Below, one piece after another: positions 59,301 through 64,000 of a DNA stretch of 64,000 bases. The position numbers and the translations under genes are program-made. The stretch is from NCBI GenBank assembly GCA_964036045.1, contig OZ038378.1:156922001-156986000 (forward strand), in the 5' to 3' direction. This DNA is from Eutreptiella sp. 'Long Island Sound 2002' (Eukaryota > Protista > Euglenida). Below the pieces are notes generated by a model. That model ran no database searches. It was given only the letters and a program-made list of their open reading frames with translations, and was not told the origin of the DNA. The first letter of the stretch is position 1, and each line of letters opens with the position of its first letter.

Positions 59301-59394
59301 CCCCTCCTGCGTATACCACATACCGGGCACTGATCAGGCCATCAGGGGAGGATGCCATGGGCAGAAGTTGCATTCTGGATTCCCCCTCAGGCGG

Positions 59395-59435
59395 GCGGAT
59401 GCCCGCAGTAGTGCGGATGCCCGCAGTAGTGCGGA
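59395..59435. repeat. 18-bp tandem repeat within an interspersed repeat
   Basis: GCGGATGCCCGCAGTAGT x2.3. Confidence 0.8.
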
Positions 59436-60529
59436 GGCCTGCTTGTCATAGCAGAAGGTTCAAGGGCGAGAGGCCAATAGGCGCCGCCACAGGCTAACAA
59501 AGCCAACCACCAAGGCATTGTGCCAACGCCCCCCCCCCCTTTCTGGGAGAACAATGCCCTTGTCAGAACAACAGGACGTGTTGTTTCCACAGCTTTTGGG
59601 ACCTTACCCTACTCTGCCCTTTCATGATACCCTCCCCCCCCTCCCCTGTCAGAACAACACCAGGGGGTGTCTCCGTCAAATTTGTGGACTTTATTTTTGT
59701 TCTTGCCAGGGGGAGGGGTTCCGCCTTTTCTTCAGATGGATGCATGACTGGAGGATTCCAAACTCCGCCGTGTAGAGGGCCCACTTCTGTTCTCCCCGGC
59801 GGTGTGCGCATTTGTTGTCTCATGTGCACGTCAACGAGAATTTTTCTTCTTGCATTCAACCCCCACACCCCCTCCACTTGTTGCCACATCTTTGTCTCCT
59901 TCCGCTCCCCCTTCTGTGGGTACCTACCTGTGGATGTCCCTGACAATCCACCGCCCCTCCCGCCCTGGCCTTCTCCAACCCCCCCCCCCCTCCCCGCCTC
60001 CTGCGCCTACATCCTGCCACCTGCTGGAGGGCCGGCTCCTAGGACAGCAGACGGTCCCAATTACGGGCATGTAGCGCGTGGCAGCCATGGGGCCAGCCCG
60101 GCACAGTAGCAGAAGGGTGAGGGGCCCGGCCCTACTGCACTGGCCATGGGAAGAGGAGGCGGCCCCTGGCCCCCCGCGTCAGCCTTATTGCCCGCAGAGA
60201 ACTGCATGGGGCGCGCTTGCAATAGGGCCTCGATTAAGAGTGTGTCACAGGTGAGCAGGTGCTGCACCCTGTGATGTGCTTTTCAGCGAGAAGGTGGCGG
60301 CAAGGGGGGAACGTTAGCGTGCCGGGCATCTTTTTGGACCCGTGCCCCTCTAGTGGCCTTTTAGGGGGTGCACTAAGGGGGCGCACTTAGCACAGTGCAG
60401 CTATTTGGGCGCCTGGCTGTACTAGAGACCCACACTTTGAGATACTAGGAGCATCATGGTGACCCCTAGCGTAGGTTTTGACTTCTGATTTTGTTCCCGG
60501 GGTACCCGAGGTGATTTCTTTTATTTTGA

Positions 60530-61010
60530 AGTTGGGGGCCATGATGGTGCTTATAAAGGCCGGATTCATGTCATTGTGCCATTCATTGGAAGAAAGAATG
60601 GCACTTTGACAGCCCGCCACCAATGTTACAATGATGTCCATGGGTGGTACAGGGCACGTATTGAGCAGCTGTTTGCTCGGTTGTGGCATTGGGGTTTGGT
60701 TAGGAACATATGGCGTGGCGGCCCCAATGAGTTGCACCAGTCAGTCCGCATTTTGTTGCATTTCACTCAGTTTTGCATCCGGAGGCAAGTCCGTCACCCC
60801 CCCTACGGACCATGGGAGCATGTCCCGCCTCAGGTTTGGACTGACCAAAGCAACTCGGCCGCCACGCAAGATGAGGCAGAGGATGAGGCGGAAGTGTGTG
60901 TTTTGTGTTGCTAAAGGCGCTCCACCGTCGCAGTTTGTGATGAGTGTAAGGAGCACTATTGTAATGAATGTATTGACACCCGCACTTGTGGGACCAATGT
61001 TGTTTGTTAA
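60530..61010 (+). pseudogene. PIF/Harbinger (IS5/DDE_Tnp_4)-like transposase C-terminal relic
   Basis: HDGAYKG (D.GY-like), frameshifted to YNDVHGWYRARIEQLF (N..H...R..IE..F). A Cys-rich CVLC*...CDEC...CNEC segment with an internal stop follows. Confidence 0.6.
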
Positions 61011-63419
61011 TTACACTACAAATGACAGTTGGAGTGGTTGAAATCACAGATCCTGCTTTATTTTGCAACGTGCTTTGTAGGGAAGGTGTGCAGTGCAACG
61101 TGGTCTACTTGGGGGGCTTCTCCATGGGAGGGTAAATCTGGGGCTGAAGTCGGGATAGTTAATAGAAAAGTAGCGCGCCGGGCAAACATTCCCCCAAGGC
61201 GGTGGTCCCGCTTCGAAGGAGTAATGAAGGGCAGCGTGAGAGGCGTCCATAGAGTGCGGTGCAGACATGAACGCCTGGGCATGCTCGTTCGGGTGTGCAA
61301 GCTTGGTACCGTATCGCAGAAGAGAGGCGCGAGGACCAAGGTGGTGTGGGATGGGCGGTATCTAGTCCAAAGCCGACACCAGCTTGTGACGCCAGAGCAA
61401 TGGCATTGGTTCCGGATGGAGCATGATGATTGGGCGCTGTAGTATGGGGGCGCACCGTGCGCTGTGCCTGCGCTGTGCGAAAAGTCGGCTGTTGTCCACC
61501 ACCGGTAGCCACGGGTTCCAGCCCCTGCTGGTACACCAGGGATTTTCGTCTTCAGTCTGATGCTTGCCATGGGTCCCAGGGTCCTGAATTCTGCGACCCC
61601 CGATGCTGTTTTGAATGGATCATGCACGCTTCTGTAGGGGGGTGGTTTTCACGGGTGTTCCCGGGATAAGCAGCGTAATAACTGGCGCCGTGCCCGCGCT
61701 GTGCGAGAACGCCCCCTATGAGCCATGCCCCACCCTGCGGGTGCAAGAATGGACGGAGGCAACAAGGGGTCCTCGAGCGCGCCGTGGGCCCACTGGTTGA
61801 GCAATGCAAGGTGGAAGCCGAGAAGTGGGCCGCCCTCATGGGTCGCAAGAGACGATGGCCAGTGAGGGAGCACTTCATTGAACAGCAAACCCAGCAATTT
61901 GACCAAGGGTCAGTGGATGTGCATGCGACACGGCGGCGGGTGTTGCTAGCGCGCCATGGTACTGTTCTACGAGCTGGCGGCGCCGATGGGGCAGTATGGG
62001 ACACGGAAGCTCTGGATGCACTTCTAGAGATGGGGGGGAATTAAAGCTGACAAAAGGGTGTAGCAACCAAATCTAGGCACATACCACGCAGTAAGTCCCA
62101 GCCCGCTTCCCCTTCCCCTTTCCAAGGCGTCAGCCCCACGCCATTGCTTTGTGGCTGCTTGATACTGTACCGGGCCGGGGGGGGGGGGGGGGATTGAGGT
62201 GGGTTTGCCTGGTTTTCAGCTGATTTTTGGGAAAGTGCACGTACCCCTGCAGCGGGTGGGGTGTCAGCTCTTTTTGGTGGGTGGGTGCGTTGCTGACCTT
62301 GGTAGACCGCCAACGTTGTTCATGGGCCGAGTCACATTGTGACACATGGGGGGTGCTGCCACTTTGTGCAGACCTATTTTGCTTTACAATTTTGTCATGG
62401 CCACAAAAGGACCGCAGCTCAAGGGCGGTCATTCTTTGCAGGTGTCTTTATGTCCATCGGCAATGTTGGCTCTGTGACCCCCCGCCCCCCTTGGGTAGAT
62501 GGGTGGGTGGGCGAGCCAAAATGCCACAGAGGCCAATTCAACCCCCCCATCCCCCAGTATGACATACTCCCTGAACCCTTGACCTTGGGTAACCGACGGG
62601 TTGGCCGACTGAGTGCCAGCTTCCAGCAAGCCTGAAGGGTAGACCGTGGTCATTTGCAGTGTACTGTTACATGCAGGCTAGAGGTTTTGGCCGACAAAAC
62701 ACGGCCCATAACGGAGCAGCGAGTCATATCACTCCAATGTTCATACCGTGCAGAGCTGAGTTGCACACTCCTTGGGAGATTGAACTGCCTCCACATTGCT
62801 GCATATGCATACCAGGACGTGCATGTGTGGAGCGCTTTGTTGACCTGCGTGCGGCCCCCAGTATGACCAAGCAATGGTCTGACTGAGTCAACCCTTGGTT
62901 CCTTTTTCTTGTCCTGCCTCTGCAACCTGCCCCCGCCGCAACCCTCTTCCTGTCATTCAATACCTGGACACAGCCCTGGAACCTCTTCTCAAGCCCTGTA
63001 ATGGTGTGTCACATCCCACTTACCCTCAGCCAGTGTCAGCACACACCCCTGTACCTTGTCTGCACGTTCAAGGTTCTGTCGCCCTGCCCTGGCTCTGACC
63101 CCCCACAAGACCGATTTGAAAAGAGAAATGAAAACCCCAACTCAACCCGCGGGGACAGGCCTGAAACTTCATTTCTGCCCTCCCCTCTCCCCCATACCGC
63201 CCCTGAAGTTACCCCTGGCTCTTTCCCGCTGTTGCAGTGCCAGGCATGCAACCCATCCCCAAAAAAACGCCAATTGCTGTATCAACATGTATCCCGACCT
63301 TCAAAGGTGCGATTCATGTGTGCACCCCAAGAAAACAAGTGTGTTTCCCGTTCCAGCAGTGACACACTTGATGTAAACGTGGGCCAGCACCTGTCAGCGA
63401 ATAACCCACGCCTCTACCC

Positions 63420-63627
63420 CAGGGATGCATTGGAAGGGGGGGGAGGTACCCCCCCCCCCCGCCCCTCCAGGGCGTGCAGCCTATGCCCAGCCACTGTCTC
63501 CCTGACAGCAAGTGCCGGCTTCAATGGCATTTGTAACCGACAGTAACCGCCCCCAATCGCTTTGGCGACCTCCTCCAACCGCTGCTGGGGCCGACTCTGA
63601 GGTCCCTTCCCTTCTGATGCATCCCTG
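63420..63627. mobile_element. Intact 208-bp hAT-type MITE
   Basis: TIR CAGGGATGCATTGGAAGGG / CCCTTCTGATGCATCCCTG. Perfect 8-bp TSD CTCTACCC (63412-63419, 63628-63635). Confidence 0.92.
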
Positions 63628-64000
63628 CTCTACCCTCTGCAAAATTGTCCCAGTGATTTCAGAAGCGCCAGGAGAGGGCCAGCCACAATCCTGTCCCCCA
63701 CCAACACGCCCCGCCACGTCCCCTCTCACCCGCTTTCACCGCCAGAGGATCAGCCCTCGTTCCATCTGCTGGCCCCACCTCAGCACCAACCCCCTCCCAC
63801 ATCCCCCTCACCATTACTCAGTGCCAAAGGACAGCAATGGAACCTTCTCTCTCCCCCCGTCGTTCCCCCAACCCCCTGCCACATCCCACGTACCCTCCGG
63901 CAGCGCCCGGAGACACCTGGGGACATTGCCTGCCCCTTCAAGAACCGTCCCCCTGTCCCTGGCCCTGGCCCCGGCCCTGACCCCTCAGCCCGACCCCATG

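Noticed and set aside
61718-62044. 108-aa plus-strand ORF with helical, protein-like composition
   Set aside because: No recognisable motif or splice context; cannot be supported.

Overview
Repeat-rich eukaryotic genomic DNA, most likely from a photosynthetic euglenid. This is inferred from polypyrimidine-AG acceptors just upstream of start codons, a bipartite plastid-type presequence, and repeat families I recall from Eutreptiella sequences. Three host genes: (1) a minus-strand DEAD-box helicase-like gene with at least 14 GT-AG exons spread over about 23 kb (25468 to at least 2642), whose catalytic motifs are strongly degenerate; (2) an intronless F-box/FIST gene (47997-49079); (3) an intronless PP2C phosphatase gene (54006-56327). 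The rest is mostly mobile DNA. The standout is a 7.1-kb DNA transposon (34937-42063; perfect 36-bp TIRs TGGG...CCCA, TGTG target duplication). It encodes a RAG1/Transib/CMC-type DDE transposase plus two different 2-oxoglutarate/Fe(II) dioxygenase domains, one PhyH-like with a Zn finger and one TET/JBP-like. The TET/JBP domain follows an in-frame UGA-CUAG readthrough context, and palindromic CGCGATAAC arrays lie upstream of each splice acceptor. The transposon sits between two diverged endonuclease-less Penelope-like reverse transcriptase copies that share an unusual FRDN active-site motif and a ~165-aa insertion. Also present: hAT-type MITEs with 8-bp TSDs, an AWWT-targeting (Sola1-like) family, tandem Helentron/HINE-like units, a PHD-finger-carrying insertion, a Harbinger-like relic and many microsatellites. 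I recognised no rRNA, tRNA, SL-RNA or CRISPR array. All assignments come from reading motifs by eye; no database searches were run.
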